From assembly GCA_047495785.1 (NCBI GenBank), contig JBLDXI010000009.1, forward strand, positions 4,030,001 through 4,094,000: a stretch of 64,000 bases of DNA, given 5' to 3'. The DNA comes from Lepidodermella squamata (Eukaryota > Animalia > Gastrotricha). Both the position numbers and the translations under genes were made by a program. This document shows, one piece after another, positions 25,101 to 38,218 of the stretch; position 1 is the stretch's first letter, and every line of letters begins with the position of its first letter. The notes below the pieces were generated by a model. The model did no database searches. It was not told where the DNA came from and saw only the letters and a program-made list of their open reading frames with translations.

Positions 25101-27696
25101 GATCAAAACTAATACATCCACCTCCGCGTTTTTCAGAGGTCGTTCTTTTTCGAAATATAAGTCCTATCTTCATGGCATGAGTTCAAACAGGGCATCAAAA
25201 AAATGGTACAGCTTAAAAAATATTTAATCGAAAAAATAGGCGATGGCTCAAACGAGTTGCAAATAAAAAATATGAAGTCGTGAGAAATCGATCGATGCCA
25301 AGTGAAAAATAACCTTATTTGCTTAGACCAAAAAAGCAAAATAGCGGAAAAATGAATGCAGCGTAAAGACTCGAACCACAACCTTCAAAAACCAGTAACA
25401 AGAGAAGAAAAATCCGCCAAAGAGTAATAGCTAAAGTAAATGTCCCTATAGCGCAATAATGATGCAACTTCAGTCCAAGTGGCCAATTACCCTTAATTAT
25501 GACCCCGGTAAATTATTTTACTGATTCTTTTCAAATAAAGCTGTTTTTCGATTTATCCCATTATTATTAGTCTTGGAGATATCACTTCTAGCCCCACCGA
25601 CGAAGAAATTTTTTACCTTGAGACATCGAAATACCAAGGTGGCCACAGAGCTGTGAATGTCATTGCCAGTCGCAATAGGGGTGCACCGAACCACAGCGTA
25701 GACTAACTCGCCGAAAGTAGGCAAAATGACGAGTCTCATCGACCTTTGATGGTAGGCATCGCGAAGCATTTCGCCGACGCTATTGCAAGAAAGAACCAGA
25801 TCGGCAACTGCCTTTGAGTCGTCCCGAATGCCCGTGGGAGATAGACGACTGCAAGCCACAGCCACGAGATGAAGCAATCGCTGTTTGCTGAAAATTTCAA
25901 AATTATTTTCAAAAAATTAGCTCATAAAGTCAACGTACTTATCAACAGTTTGATTAGACTCTTTGATGATTTTCAGCACTGAAGATAGCCCATTCAAAGC
26001 TACAAAGGCGTCGCTAGCATGCGGACTCGAGGCGAATAGCGAGGCGCAATAATTTATATGATTGACCCGCTTCGCCGAAATCGGTCCTTTCTCATTCGCG
26101 CCACTGATATGCTCAAGCAAACTGGCAACATATCTCGTTCGATCTCGATCAGCCATTACGCCTAGCTTATCCGCTGTTGTCTGGGCAACAGGCAGCATTT
26201 TCGCGTCAAACTTGGCCGTTGCGTTGTTGTTATTCGACAACGGAGTTGTTTTAACGATTCTTTGATTATCAACGATTGAAGTTACGGTTAAATCGGTTTC
26301 GTGGAATAGCTGCAAATTGCCCCATTCTGCCATTTCGTCGTCTCCACCGCAGCCTAGGAGAGGCGCAGCAGCTGCGGCTTGAACAGCGGCCTGAACCGCA
26401 TGTTGCGGCGTTCTGGCTGTTCGAGTCTCGACAGGGCCTGAGTCCAACGCCTGGCACGGGGTTAGTCGCCCGGCTGTACCTGGTCTACTGGTGGCTAGAG
26501 AAGCCCCAGCAATCAATAACGCGGCGCGACCGCAGGCAGTTGGCGGGCGATTTGCGTTGAAGTCAACAATTCGGTTCACACTACCGGCTAGAGTCGAATT
26601 TCGGCCTTCACTTTCGCCGGCTGTGACCACCATGTTAGACGCCCTGGGTGTCTCATCCCCACTGCCCCCGGATACGTCGTGTTGCTCTTCATCGCCGCTC
26701 ATCGTGGCTGTCTCACTGTCCAGCAGGGTATGCTGCCCGTCAGTAGCCAGTGTAGCTAGACGATCGCCGAACGCAGGGTGCGACAAAATATCAGACCAAG
26801 TATAGCGTTTTAAAGGGTCTGGAACCAGCAGTCCGGTAACTAGATCGCGGAAATTTTCCGAGGGTGGTGTTCGGTTTTTCGAGCCTTCATTCCAATGCAG
26901 GGCTGAGTTAGACTGGGGCGGTGATCCAGTGAATAAATGGTAGAGCATGACTCCGAATGAGTACAGATCAGATGGAACCGACCAATCATACGTCAACCCA
27001 AGCTCAGGAGCTCGATAAGCTAGAAGAAATTCGTTTAAATATGGTAACATAAAGAATAAATTTCATTACCATCATTCACTTCAGGCGCTGCTAGGTCATA
27101 ATCCTCGCCTTCTTCGCAGAATTGGTGTTTCAACACGTCGACCAGATTTTCCCCATCTAGTTTTGATATTCCGAAATCGGCGAGTTTAAATATGCCAACG
27201 CTATCCAGTAGGACGCGAGATGGTCGCAATGGGCCGAACAAGATGCCAAGGGAGTGGCAATGGTACAAGCCAGATGCGACGCTGCTCGCGAATCGCAGGG
27301 TTACATCCTCGGGTAGATAGCCGTCTTGCTGAATTATTTTCTCTAATGTTCCACCCGAGCACAGCTCAACCACCAACCTGTAAATAAATTTGAATTGATC
27401 AATGAACTAGGATCTTCTTTAAACCTACCACAGATGGTTGTTAGTCTCATACCACTCGAAGAATTTAACGATGTTTTTGTGGGTTATCTCATAAGTTAAT
27501 CGAACCTGTCAAAATTAATTGATAAATCTAAGGACTTGATATAAAAACAAGTGCTCACCCTATTGGTAACTTCAGGCCGGCGGCATTTCTCGATGCAATA
27601 GATGGAGACAAAACTTATTTCTCCCTTCTTGCGCCCCTTGTACACGATTGTATTAGTGTACTTGTCGGTTTCCTCATAAAGCACATAATTCTCCAT
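19127..27696 (-). CDS. ULK4: Serine/threonine pseudokinase ULK4 (N-terminal pseudokinase, C-terminal HEAT/ARM repeats)
   Basis: The spliced N-terminus MENYVLYEE..VYKGRKKG..CIEKCRRPEVTNR|VRLTYEITHKNIVKFFEWYETNNHLW|LVVELCSGG is diagnostic of ULK4. Exons about 27696-27559, 27505-27429, 27377-27069, 27019-25938, 25887-25617, 24948-24392, 20911-19911, 19855-19753 and 19540-19127. Confidence 0.92.
21531..22130 (-). CDS. Intron-nested 199-aa Cys/His-repeat protein (5 repeats of C-x4-C-x16-19-C-x3-13-H), family not recognised
   Basis: Intronless ATG ORF with periodic CxNxxC...GxPQxLxxL...C...H repeats; paralogue at 23870-24241; AATAAA at 21418-21423 (minus); AG acceptors immediately before the ATG. 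Confidence 0.8.
   Translation of the reverse strand: MTDRRKAICQNTGCRYGGVPQALELLKRTPCIADHQVVCTNTSCPLRQEPQPVKELLLKKECWFVKETTEHRISESANGIKCDAAGCRSEGQVFPNLAALTKTFAECPPRIASGDFRPGYHKFLQKDLKGVGKGVCVNPRCSSGGQPQTLEGLLESNCVIWHLFVCSNRFCQFNGEPQPLGNLGATWCGQEGYEHKFYQ
22716..23149. mobile_element. Non-autonomous Tc1/mariner-superfamily (Tc2/pogo-like) MITE
   Basis: TA flanks at 22714-22715 and 23150-23151. Including the TA, the left end TACCGTGTTTTATCCAACACTATCC matches the reverse complement of the right end TACCGTATTTTATCGAATAGTATCC at 21/25. Internal repeated GAATAATAGCC motif. Confidence 0.75.
23870..24241 (-). CDS. Intron-nested 123-aa Cys/His-repeat protein (3 repeats), paralogue of 21531-22130
   Basis: AICRNQGCPFQGRPQPLHLLENTYC aligns with AICQNTGCRYGGVPQALELLKRTPC; AATAAA at 23835-23840 (minus); homologous upstream non-coding sequence. 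Confidence 0.78.
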   Translation of the reverse strand: MAHQTRAICRNQGCPFQGRPQPLHLLENTYCTMRTVHQPVCTNELCPFRGEPRSVELLRELTCVLSVMTDLHVFNADRTACVDLRCPSAGAVFESEQELKNKHPRCFERVASTRHNEPHSFCD

Positions 27697-27835
27697 TTGT
27701 TGTAAACAAAGCTAAAATGTAACCAAATGATGCAGCTTCTTCGGTAATTTTTAATTCATAACAGAAATCTATCAGCAAACGAACAAAATTAGGTAAATTA
27801 AAATAAGGCAAGCAAATCAAGATATCTGCCATAAA

Positions 27836-28768
27836 TTAGAGGTAAACTGAAGCAACTTTCTTAACCGAGTCATCGTCTGAGGCAGCATATTTCATACACT
27901 CAATCATATCCATATCAAATGCAACACCAGTTATCTGCTGAATAGCGGCAGTTATTCGCCAAGCATGATCACTGATATTAGACCAAGCGTTGCAAACACT
28001 ACCGGAAAGAATGTCGTCAGAAATATTGATCGGACCTAGAATAGCCGCCGGTATTCTCGACATGACGAAAATTTGTGACATCACTGTCAGAAAGGTATCA
28101 GATGTGACCCAATCTTCCGGGTTCAGAGATTGAAAGCCGAAACTAGGACAATCGTTGTACAGCACTTCCACATTTCTAGCAGCATTACTAGCAGTGCCAG
28201 AGGATACCGCACTGGATGTGGCGGTGGACGTCGGGTTGAATCTGTTGCTTCTCAGTTGGTGCTCTCCGGCGGATAATTGAGCCATGGGAATCACATCAGA
28301 CTGGCGCAATATCAAGGGAGCTATAACAATAATTTTCGAAATAGCGTTGAGCACGAAGTAATTATAGAGAGATGGCAACAAAGACATCGTTTCAGCCGAA
28401 GTCAGTGGTGTATTAACTGCGTAAATCATGAAAGGCTCATATTTTGCTTCCAGAAGATTTAATGCACGCGCCTCCCAACTCAAGTGATATAGACCCCCGG
28501 TCGCTTCAGTCGTGTCTTCCCTCATAACCATATCAGTAGCGTCGCCCTCGTCATTCATCAGATTCTCGGTATTAGCAGCAGCTTCATATAAAGCGTCGTT
28601 TTCATCGGGTTTCAACCAGGTGGGAGATCGTGTTTTCAGAATGTATTTCGAGAGAGGATCTGGCAAGCGGCGGTGCTCGCAAGGCGGTTGTATCCCAAAC
28701 AGAATACGATTTCCCAGACCGAGTTTATCGCAGTAACTGACGAAAGCGATTCGATTAGCCTTTTCCAT
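27836..28768 (-). CDS. Uncharacterised 310-aa protein
   Basis: Long single-exon ATG ORF of globular composition, preceded by a likely 5' UTR intron (GTAAG about 28882, CATAG acceptor just before the ATG). No family confidently recognised. Confidence 0.65.
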   Translation of the reverse strand: MEKANRIAFVSYCDKLGLGNRILFGIQPPCEHRRLPDPLSKYILKTRSPTWLKPDENDALYEAAANTENLMNDEGDATDMVMREDTTEATGGLYHLSWEARALNLLEAKYEPFMIYAVNTPLTSAETMSLLPSLYNYFVLNAISKIIVIAPLILRQSDVIPMAQLSAGEHQLRSNRFNPTSTATSSAVSSGTASNAARNVEVLYNDCPSFGFQSLNPEDWVTSDTFLTVMSQIFVMSRIPAAILGPINISDDILSGSVCNAWSNISDHAWRITAAIQQITGVAFDMDMIECMKYAASDDDSVKKVASVYL

Positions 28769-29695
28769 GATCTTCTATGAATCACGCTGCTCACGGCATT
28801 CAACTTAACGAGAGGATGATGAAGAACAAGTCGGCTGCATATACAGGCCATCATGGTCGCCGCTAATGACGCTAAATCTTACCAACGACTTTAATGCTCA
28901 AAGAAAAAATATGTTTTTCATTCACTAATTAATTATTTTTATGATTAGGAAATAGATTGCAGGTATATTATAGCAAGGTCGACCGCATGCTTTATTCGTG
29001 GAAAATAAGCCAAGGGCCAAAACGCTCTTATCTCGCTTTTGACGACTTGGACGCTGATTTGGATCGGTTCCATTGCTGTCAAATACGCCCATCCATATTT
29101 GTCCCAATTCTCACTACTTGCTACTCATTATCTTTCTCATATCCCCCGCCGTAATTCGAAGGCATTGAAAGAATGTGAACAAGGCCTGATCCATGAAAGA
29201 AGTGAAACTCGCGATGAGACCATCGGAATTCTGAATGACTACTTTTACTGCTTCGCGATGCCACTAATGTTCTTATGGTCCAGCTGGCATCTGCGACAGC
29301 GCGAACATTTTCATCAGCACTTCACCAACAGCCTCACCAGCAGCTACCTTGTGTTGTAGATCAAACCACTAGGCCCTTCCTCCTTGTTTAGAAAATTGTT
29401 GTAATCGTATCTGCAACAGCTCGCACTTTTAGAAATGAAACCGAATCAAGCATCAGGCCTTTGAATGATTTCTAAGTTATACTGATGTTAAAATGGATTG
29501 AAAAATGTTTCCATAGCCATGAATCAGCATGAATAATCGCATGAGTTAGAAAATAATGATTTATTGAAGAAAAACGCATGATGATTTATTGCTTCAAGCA
29601 AGTCGATTAAACTAGTGCTGGTCTACGGTTAAGAGGCGTAAATATGTCTACCGTCATTCAAGCTTATATAGGGATATTTTCATAAAGTTAACGAA

Positions 29696-30422
29696 TCAAG
29701 GTCGGCTGCCGCTGGCAAGTACAACAGGCGTCTCGTTGATGACAACGCCACCAAAGAAATCGTCCTGAATTGGCTGGTTGTACTCCATGGGAATATCGTA
29801 CTGTGGGACGCCCTGCTCTTCCAATTCACGCACCCGCGACCGTTTAGTGACGCGTTTTTCACAACAAGGCAACTGTTCCTCTGTCTTTTCCCAACAGGCT
29901 TTCATCTTCGTCTCCAACTTCTCCAAACATGGAAACGTTTTCTTATCGCACCATGTACACACAAATACGACTATCATCAACGAGACGGTCGTGCAAACTA
30001 GAATCGTCACGATCTTAAGAGGAATGAATAAAGCTAAAAAATGACCAAAATCAATCATTGCAAAAAACCTGAATCATTTTCTGGGGATCGCCAACACCCT
30101 TCACTGTGCTAGAGTCGCAGCAGCCTTTAGCACCAGTTCCCTGATCGATGCAACATTTCGTTCTTTTCGCTTCGATAGATGTATCGGTCAAGCATTGAAA
30201 ATCGTAGTTGCCTTCAACATTCCCTTTGGCTTTATCCAAAAGGCAATCAGCTGAATACAGTGGATCAGTCTCATTGATCTCTGTAAGAAGAGATAATTGG
30301 AGTCAACAATGTTGAAAATCGCAGAAATTACTATTGGTGTCTTGATAGATTGAAGCTGAACAAATCGTTGCTCCGAAAACGGCAACGAAAAGAATTGCTA
30401 GCTGGATTTTTACCGTGCCCAT
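29696..30422 (-). CDS. Shisa-like (WBP1/VOPP1/TMEM92-type) single-pass membrane protein
   Basis: Three exons (30422-30332, 30280-30069, 30014-29696) give signal peptide MGTVKIQLAILFVAVFGATICSA, an ectodomain with a C-C-CC-CC pattern (ADC..FQC..KCC..GCC), TM IVTILVCTTVSLMIVVFV and juxtamembrane cysteines. Confidence 0.72.
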
Positions 30423-31733
30423 GCTTACTGTTGATAATGGTAGAATTCACTCACTGTAAGAAAAATTACTGTCAAAAGGTTTCGCTTCGAACCAACAACC
30501 GGAGGCCCGTGTTCCTGGTGTGATGAGAAAATCATGAATAATTGAAACCTGCAGCGTCTTTGTCTACGATCGAGCAGCGCTGTTAAATCGATTCAAAGAA
30601 AACGGCGAAACACGAATGAGCGTGATCAAGCAACGCATTGAAATCAATATTCTGCATGAATAAGGAGCTTTTTGAAAATTCTCGAAAACCCCGAATTAGG
30701 TTGAAAAAGTCGTAGCTGAGTCCCATTTATTCATGTTTATTATCATCTCTTTTTCATCATCCTTTTTACCACAAATCATCGATTAAAAACCGTGACAAAG
30801 CCTACAGGTTAAGGTACACACAAGTATGGTGGTAACTGGAATAAAGGGCGCTTTTCACATTGTGTGACTACAGAAAAATAAATAACGCCGTCGCAATCTA
30901 CCACAGCAGCTTCGATTTATCTACAATAATAAGTGTGAACTCGCGATGCAAATCTCCGCATTTTTTTGTAAGAAAAGACCAGAAAAAGACGTATTATCAT
31001 ACACGAGCGTTATTGCTGGATCTGACATTGAACGTTAGTATCAAATAACCGGAAAATCTCTTCCCTTAAAATCGCAATTCAATCACAAAATTCGCGGCAA
31101 TTCAAGCGGACTGAGGAAGAACTGCGGGGATGATGGGCGGGGTTCTCAAGCCACTGGGACACTATTCGTCGATTCAACACAAAAGCAATAAGAAACCTGA
31201 ATATGGCACATATCAAGTGTAACAAAAAACACGAATAAGCCGATGAGAAAAGTCATGACGAGACACGTAGAGAAAGCGACATATGAACGGAATATACAGC
31301 AGTGCAAGTATTTTGCTCCCAAAATTACGAAGATAATAATCGAAAATAAAGAGAGACGATTCGCGATGGTGAATCTCTTGAAGTTATTATCATCATTTTT
31401 CAACAATACCAAATGGTTGTTTCAAGTAGCTTTCGAAAGCTTTTCGGGGTGATTTGAAGCGCAGACGCAATAAATAAGAGGGATCACGCAATTTCACAGT
31501 TTGATTTTCATCTCTCAACTCGAAGAGATCCTGCAGATTTTTTTTTACAACAAAGACACCAGGCGCGTAAATTATTTGAGGGCGGAATAATACAGGACAA
31601 ATTACTGCGAGTTGATTATATTTACGTATTTTCGACAATCATAACAATGTAAGGAGATTTTTGCTTCTTTTAAAACGCTTGATTTTCAGTACAATATGGT
31701 AAAATAGAATAGACTAAAGTTCGCAACGATTCT

Positions 31734-34700
31734 TCAAATGTCCTTGGCTATGTGAGCCATGCGTTGAAAGTGCGTCGCCTCGGCCGAGCGTTGCTGCATT
31801 GTCGCCAGATCGGTCATTTCAGCAACGCGACCCGCGTCCATGACCAGGACACGGTCGCAGCGGCTCGTCGGCGAGACAATCGCCTCAACGCGATGCACGA
31901 TCGTTATGATTGTCCGCTTGTGAGCTTCGACGTTCAACGTCGCCTGGATGCGGTTCTCCGTCTCGGCGTCGATACTCGCCGTCGCCTCGTCTAGGATCAA
32001 AATCGGCGAATCGCGAACTAGTGCGCGGGCTAGGCACAGCAACTGCCGTTCGCCGGTCGAAAAACGCACGTCATTCGACGAAATTGGCATCTCCAACGCA
32101 GCGGGCGAGTTGTTCTGCTTGCCCGACGTCATCGACTGGAAGAGGGTAGGGTGACCCCACCTTGACCCCATATTTGACCCTAGGAACAAGTCATTACCAC
32201 CCCCGGCCATTGATTCAGTCGACTGGTAGTAACGCGACGCTTTTTCTTGAATTTTACTCTTCATCGCACACCGCTCTAATGCCGCCCATAACTCGTCGTC
32301 TTTCCGCTCGTTATAAGGGTCGAGATTCGACCGAATAGTACCCGAAAATAGGAAAGGATCCTGCGGGACGACGGAAATGCATTTTCTCAACCGTTTTAAT
32401 GGGACATTCGCAATATCAACGCCGTCGATCAAAATCCGGCCTTTGTTGATAGCGTAGAGGCGGGTTAAAACAGCGGCGATTGAGGACTTGCCAGACCCAG
32501 ACCGGCCGACTACGGCCAGAAATTCGCGAGAATGAACGTCGAAACTAACACTATCCAACGCTAATTGGCTAGTGCCACCCTCTTCATCCTGGCCGTAACA
32601 CAACGAGACATTTTCAAATGAAACAGCCCCCTTCGACGGCCAATTCGCAGTCAATTCAACAGTTTTAGGCAGCAAAGCTTCCGCCTCAACCTCTGTTGTG
32701 AGCGACTTTCTAGTCTGGGGTGATTTCAACTCATTTTTCGTCGCATTTCCGTCAGATTCAAGGTCTTCCCTCGGCATCCGATCTTGGAAAGTTGAAATTC
32801 GCTCAACTGCTACGAAGCTGGTTTCAGCGTTCAAAAACATGCGAGTGGCGACCTGTAAAATTCCGCCCATTTCAATGACCAATGACAGGGCCAGGCCGGC
32901 AAAAGCCGGGGCGAGGTGGTTGCGCAGGACGAGAATTAGAGTGCCGGCTACTCCGATGAGTAGATTGACTAACACATCAAGCCGCCAACTCATCCAACGG
33001 CCGCTGAATTGCAGCAGCAACATAACGGCTGATGTTCGATTGATTAAGGCGGCTGCTCGATTCAGAAACATTTGCGTACGCCCGAATGAGGCGATAATCG
33101 GTGCACCGGCTACGATGGAAGCCAACAAACTGAGTAGCGGCTGGATAGTGTAGGCCTCAACGCGGCGCAAATCGCGTAGTGCAACTTGAGCGAGGCGAAA
33201 CACGAAGAAGCAGAAAACAATCATGACGAGGCAGCAGATTAAAAACCACGGCATCACGAATGAAACAGTTATACTCGCCGTAATTAAGACTGACAGGTTT
33301 GATAGCAGGAATTCAACGGAGGCTGGCAGTTTTGCTGTTACTGTACCAAAACATGAAATTATGATTGATTATTGTTGTAAATATAGTAATATTCGCACTT
33401 ACGTTCGTCAATGTCTTTGGCGAAACGCGTTATGATGGTGCCAGTTTTTGTTCGTTCGAAAAAGTGAAGAGGTGAGGACAGCAGACTCGATAGCAACGAT
33501 TTGTGCATATTATTGGAAGCCCGAAGAGCAAACTATACGTAAACGGGAAATCATACACAACTATTAATCAACAGTTACATAATTAATACCTTACCGAATT
33601 GGGGTATCAATTTTTTTTACATAATTTATCATAAAGTTAGCGTCCCTGAGATTTCAATAACTTTAAAATTCAACTATTTATTCATTCATTCGACGCTTTC
33701 GCCAATAAAAAAAATATTTCGTTGGTTATTAAATCATTTATTACTGATTAGCTGCCACATCTATAATCTATAAGGACTAATTCTCATGAATTACGGAAAA
33801 TATTGGGAGCAAGTTTGTCAAAACATGATTGCATGAGGCCATTTTTTGGGGCAAATTCAAGCAAATTTTGAATTTTCGGCGAAATTTGCAATGAAATTCA
33901 CAGAAATTTGAGCCGTTTTGGCCGTTTTGGGGCGAATTGATTATTTGGCGTAAAAAACGGATTCATCTGAAACCATCGAATCTACAGAAAATTACTACCA
34001 GCTACAAATAGGGCTCCTTAGGTAGCAAAATAGTGGAAAACCACCAAAATAACTGAAAATTGGTCGAAATGAGGCCGATGCTTCAACTACTAAACAATGT
34101 TGCTGGGAGTGAAAAGCCCTTTCTAGGCATAATTTACTGCGGGGAGTAATCAGAGTGAACCATTCTTCCGACCCAAGTTACATTTTAACATTTAAAGGAA
34201 AATTTGGAAAATATTAAGGCACGCATATAATGGAAATATTATCTTTATGACTTACCATAGCAACAAAGCAGCTTTTGATAATGGCAGAGACCAAAACACC
34301 GAAAGCACAGCAAATGTAAACAGTCGCATAGAAGTGAACGGATGCATTCGTCGAAAGATCATTATTATTGCTATTCGCCATAGCAGTAACCGTCGCGTTC
34401 ATCGAACTCGAAAAATTCGCCGAAAACCCATCGGCAACTAGCGTCCCATTATTGGCGGATGTAGCCCCGCCGCCTTGTTTCAACCAGTACGCGAGCCAGT
34501 ATTTCGTAAAGGCGACCAAGCCATGCGTGAAAACGTAGCCGAGAAACACGAACAGTATCAAAATCGGGCGACGGGCGGCGTTAGCGTACGTCCTGTAAAC
34601 AGAAAACGCAACTCGACCGCGTTTCGCCGCATCGATATTCGACTCGTCCAAATCAGGCCGAGATCGGAACAACGACTCGCCAACAGGCTGCTCAACCTCC

Positions 34701-37700
34701 GCCTCGCCATTTTCATCCGCACTTTCTTCAATTGTTAGGACCTTAGCGCTACCCGGCGACTTCGCGCTGCTGGTTTCGTTGGAATTCATCGTATTTTTCC
34801 GGCTAGTTTTCGCCAAAAACACCTTAGCCCCGACTGCTGCGGTTAGCGAATCGACATGGCCGACGAATTCAGGGTTGTTAGGCCGGTGGTTTAGTGACAG
34901 TGAGACATCAATAGGCGGCTCGTCGGTGACTAAGCCACCCACGTGTTGGCTGACCAACGAAGTAATTCGACCCAATTGAAACGCCTCTTCCTCCTCCTCA
35001 GGCACATCGAAAAACTGCTCTTCCTCCAGACCATTGGCGAAAGATTGTTTCCGTTGCCGGTAGAAACTCTGGACCAGGCTTAAATACTCCCCACCAGCCT
35101 TCGACATCAACTCGCTGTGAGTCCCAGATTCTGTCACAGTGCCGTCTCTCATTACGATGATTCGGTCGCATTTCATCAAAAACTCAAGTCGATGCGATAC
35201 GAAAACTACGGTGGTAGAGGTGTTACGCAACGGCATCAGAGCGTCTTCAAAAATTTGCCGACTTAGCTGGACATCAATTGCGCTCAACGGGTCGTCTAGG
35301 AGTAACAAATCAGCCTTGGCGTATAAGGCCCGGGCTAGGCTGAGTCGTTGCCGCTGTCCGCCAGATAAATTCGCGCCATATTCCGACAGCTCAGTCATAT
35401 CACCATAGTCCATAGCCCCGAGATCACGCGATAGCCCGCAATTTTCAACAACTGAATGATAGAAGTCGGCATCATAAGGCTTTCCGAATAAGATGTTTTC
35501 ACGAACTGAGCCATTATATAGCCAAGCGTCTTGCATTACAATCGAGTAAGTCGTGTTCTTAGCCAGGGCTATCGACCCGGATGACACATCTAACCGGCCT
35601 AAAATCGCGTGTAGTAGGGTAGATTTTCCTGAACCAACCCGGCCGCAAACTCCGATGAACTGGCCTCGTTTAATCGACAGATTCAACCCTTTCAGGGCTA
35701 ATGGGTTGCGTTTTTCTGACGAGCAGGGCGTGGCAGGGTGTTCAGACCCGGTGTCGCTGTCATGCGCAACAGCCAATAGATTCGCGTTGACTGGCGCGTC
35801 GGTATCCGATGTCGGCGCCTCGCTGTTCATCTCTTCGGTTTTTTCAACTGATTTGCTCTCAACAATTGGTTTATTCCGGTTATTTCGGCTCCTTTCCCTC
35901 GTTCTCTGATGGCGGCGTTGCGGTTTTCGCAGGCCTTTCGGTGCTTTGGGATAGCTAGCGGTTAAATCACTGATTTCGACGATGGGTTCAGAATCAGCTG
36001 GTAACACAGGCAACGGGGTGAGCTCGGGTAAGTAAAACACGCGGCTCAATCGATAGGCGGCCACTCGTGAATCGTTGAAGCCTTTCATACAGTTCGGAAT
36101 TTGATGGACAAATTGACGAGCCGCAGCCTAAAAAAATCGGAAATTTCAATAAAGTTTCAAAATTCAATCCAGTACTCACCCAAAGGCCTACGAAAGCAAA
36201 CGCTTGAGCAGCATCTAGTCGATTGCCGAGCAGGATGTGGGGTAGAAAGACGCTAACAGATGCGAGTAACGGTACGGTGAAAACGAGCGATACGCTGAGC
36301 GACGCTAGAATCCAGCTTATTCTCAAGCATCTCACCTCCTGTCGCCAAATGCGAAGTATTCTCTTGTAGAAAAACGTCTCCAAGCCGAGGAATTTGACTA
36401 GTCTAACAGATGAAAGCAACTCGCGCATAATATCAAGCCGCTGATCGGCTAAATGCTGTGTTTTACGTCGATATCGCATGATTATGCCCGAAATGAAGAA
36501 CTCAACGGGTATGTAGACGACGAAAACAGCCGTGGCCATCAGTGACCACGGGCCAACGATGAAGAAGCCGCAGACTGATACGGCGATGACCATAACAATC
36601 GCGCTGAACAGCGTCGTCAAGTGAGTTGGGAAGTCTAGGAAAGTCCTCGAGTCGTTTGCAAATATGTTCGTGATTGTAGGGCGGATTGAAAGCAGAGATT
36701 TGGACTTTAAAAGCTTGTGTAGGCATAGAAATAAAACTGCACCACGTAGGCGAACACCTGAATTGGAAAAATTCAAGTAAAAACATATTCGATAATTCAA
36801 TAATCCATCGCTAATCAGAAAAATCCAATATTTTCCATAAATCAAATTATGTCTTAAATTTCTATATAAATTTTTTTATTTGGACAATTTTAAGAATTTA
36901 CAAAAATATAAAAAAATTTTTTGATAGAAAATAGGGGTCCTCAAGAGTTAATAAAAATCACAAACCGGCAATTCCGCCGACGCAGAAAGCTTGAGACCAT
37001 AGAACTGATTTGCATAGAAGAAGAGCAACCATGCCAGCAAGGGCGCTGATGCCGATGAACATATCGACGGAACCGTTTTCGATCTCTCTGATCAGCGTGC
37101 GAAGACCAAAAATTGCACTCGCCAATACGACGACAAGCGTCGCCAACCGCAGAAATAGAATGCCGAATAATGTGAGGAATTGGAAGCGCAAAATCGCCCA
37201 AACGAGGTTTAGATGCGGCTCTTTCGCTTCTTTCTGAGGTTTTCGCTTGGCGTCGGTTATCGACTGAGTGCTGAGTTGAGGCTCCGGTGTTTTACCGTTC
37301 GCTTCAACGGGTCGACTTGCCGGCGATCCATCGAGTTGACCAACATGCTGACGCTCAATTTCAGCTTTTACACATCTCTCCCACTGAAAAATAGAAATAA
37401 TTCAGCAATAATTCTCATTTACAAAAACGGAAAATATTTTAGGTAGAGAAAACTTTGCTAGAAATGAGGCTAAAAACGATAGAATACTAAACCAATTTTT
37501 AGAAGAAAATTTAACCCGATTCCCAATACAATAAACGGGCAAGATTACTTTTCTTGCGCGCTAGGGTTCTATATTCTGTCATCCAAATTGAATAAAAGAA
37601 AAATTTGATAAACGCCAAAAATATCACAACTGATTTTTGCTTATCTTACAGTCATTTTTTCAAAAGATAAATTGTTTACCCACCTTGTGAAGGACGACAT

Positions 37701-38031
37701 CGCAAGAATCTGCACTTGGGTAGGGCCAAATATCAGTCGCATCGACGTGGCCTTTCCGGAACGTTTTCCATATAAACGGAGTCAGCCATGTGTAATTTAT
37801 TAAGGAGCAAAAGCTGGAGTGGTAAATAGGTATTTCTGGCGGTTGACTGTAAAAATAATTAATTAAACAATTTATCAACATTTTTGTATGAAAAGCAAAC
37901 CTATGACAACCGCATCGGCATGTGCAACTAAGAAGGGTACAACATCGCCATCTGTGAAGGGTTTTCTGAGGGTTGGGAGTTGCAAGTTCAACTTGATTCG
38001 CGTCACTCGTCGCACGTCCGTTTTCACTCAT
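31734..38031 (-). CDS. ABCC5: ABCC/MRP transporter of the short (no TMD0) ABCC5/11/12 type
   Basis: NBD1 GRVGSGKST, LSGGQRQR, LLLLDDP; NBD2 GRSGSGKSS, FSTGERQ, ILILDEAT; two TM domains; WLAYWLKQG motif and a basic insertion in NBD1 as in ABCC5. About 7 exons. The symbol reflects subfamily resemblance, not proven orthology. Confidence 0.85.
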
Positions 38032-38218
38032 CAACAACTTAATAAATGTAAAAATATACCTAAATAAAAAATAGATACACTGTAATGCAAGCTTTTCTCA
38101 ATTTCATTTTACCAATATATAGCATTAATATTAAACGGAGCAAACGGGTTTCATAAGTGGCGAGTTGGCCGAAAATTAAAGCCATACGTTGTTCTGGTTA
38201 CAATTAACATCACTTTGT

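Noticed and set aside
28925-29460. Coding-like minus-strand stretch with several stops (possible pseudogene)
   Set aside because: No recognisable homology by eye; a tBLASTx search would be needed to support it.
29507-29520. RFX X-box-like GTTTCCATAGCCAT upstream of the ULK4 unit
   Set aside because: The second half-site is imperfect and it lies about 740 nt from the next ATG; a chance match is likely.
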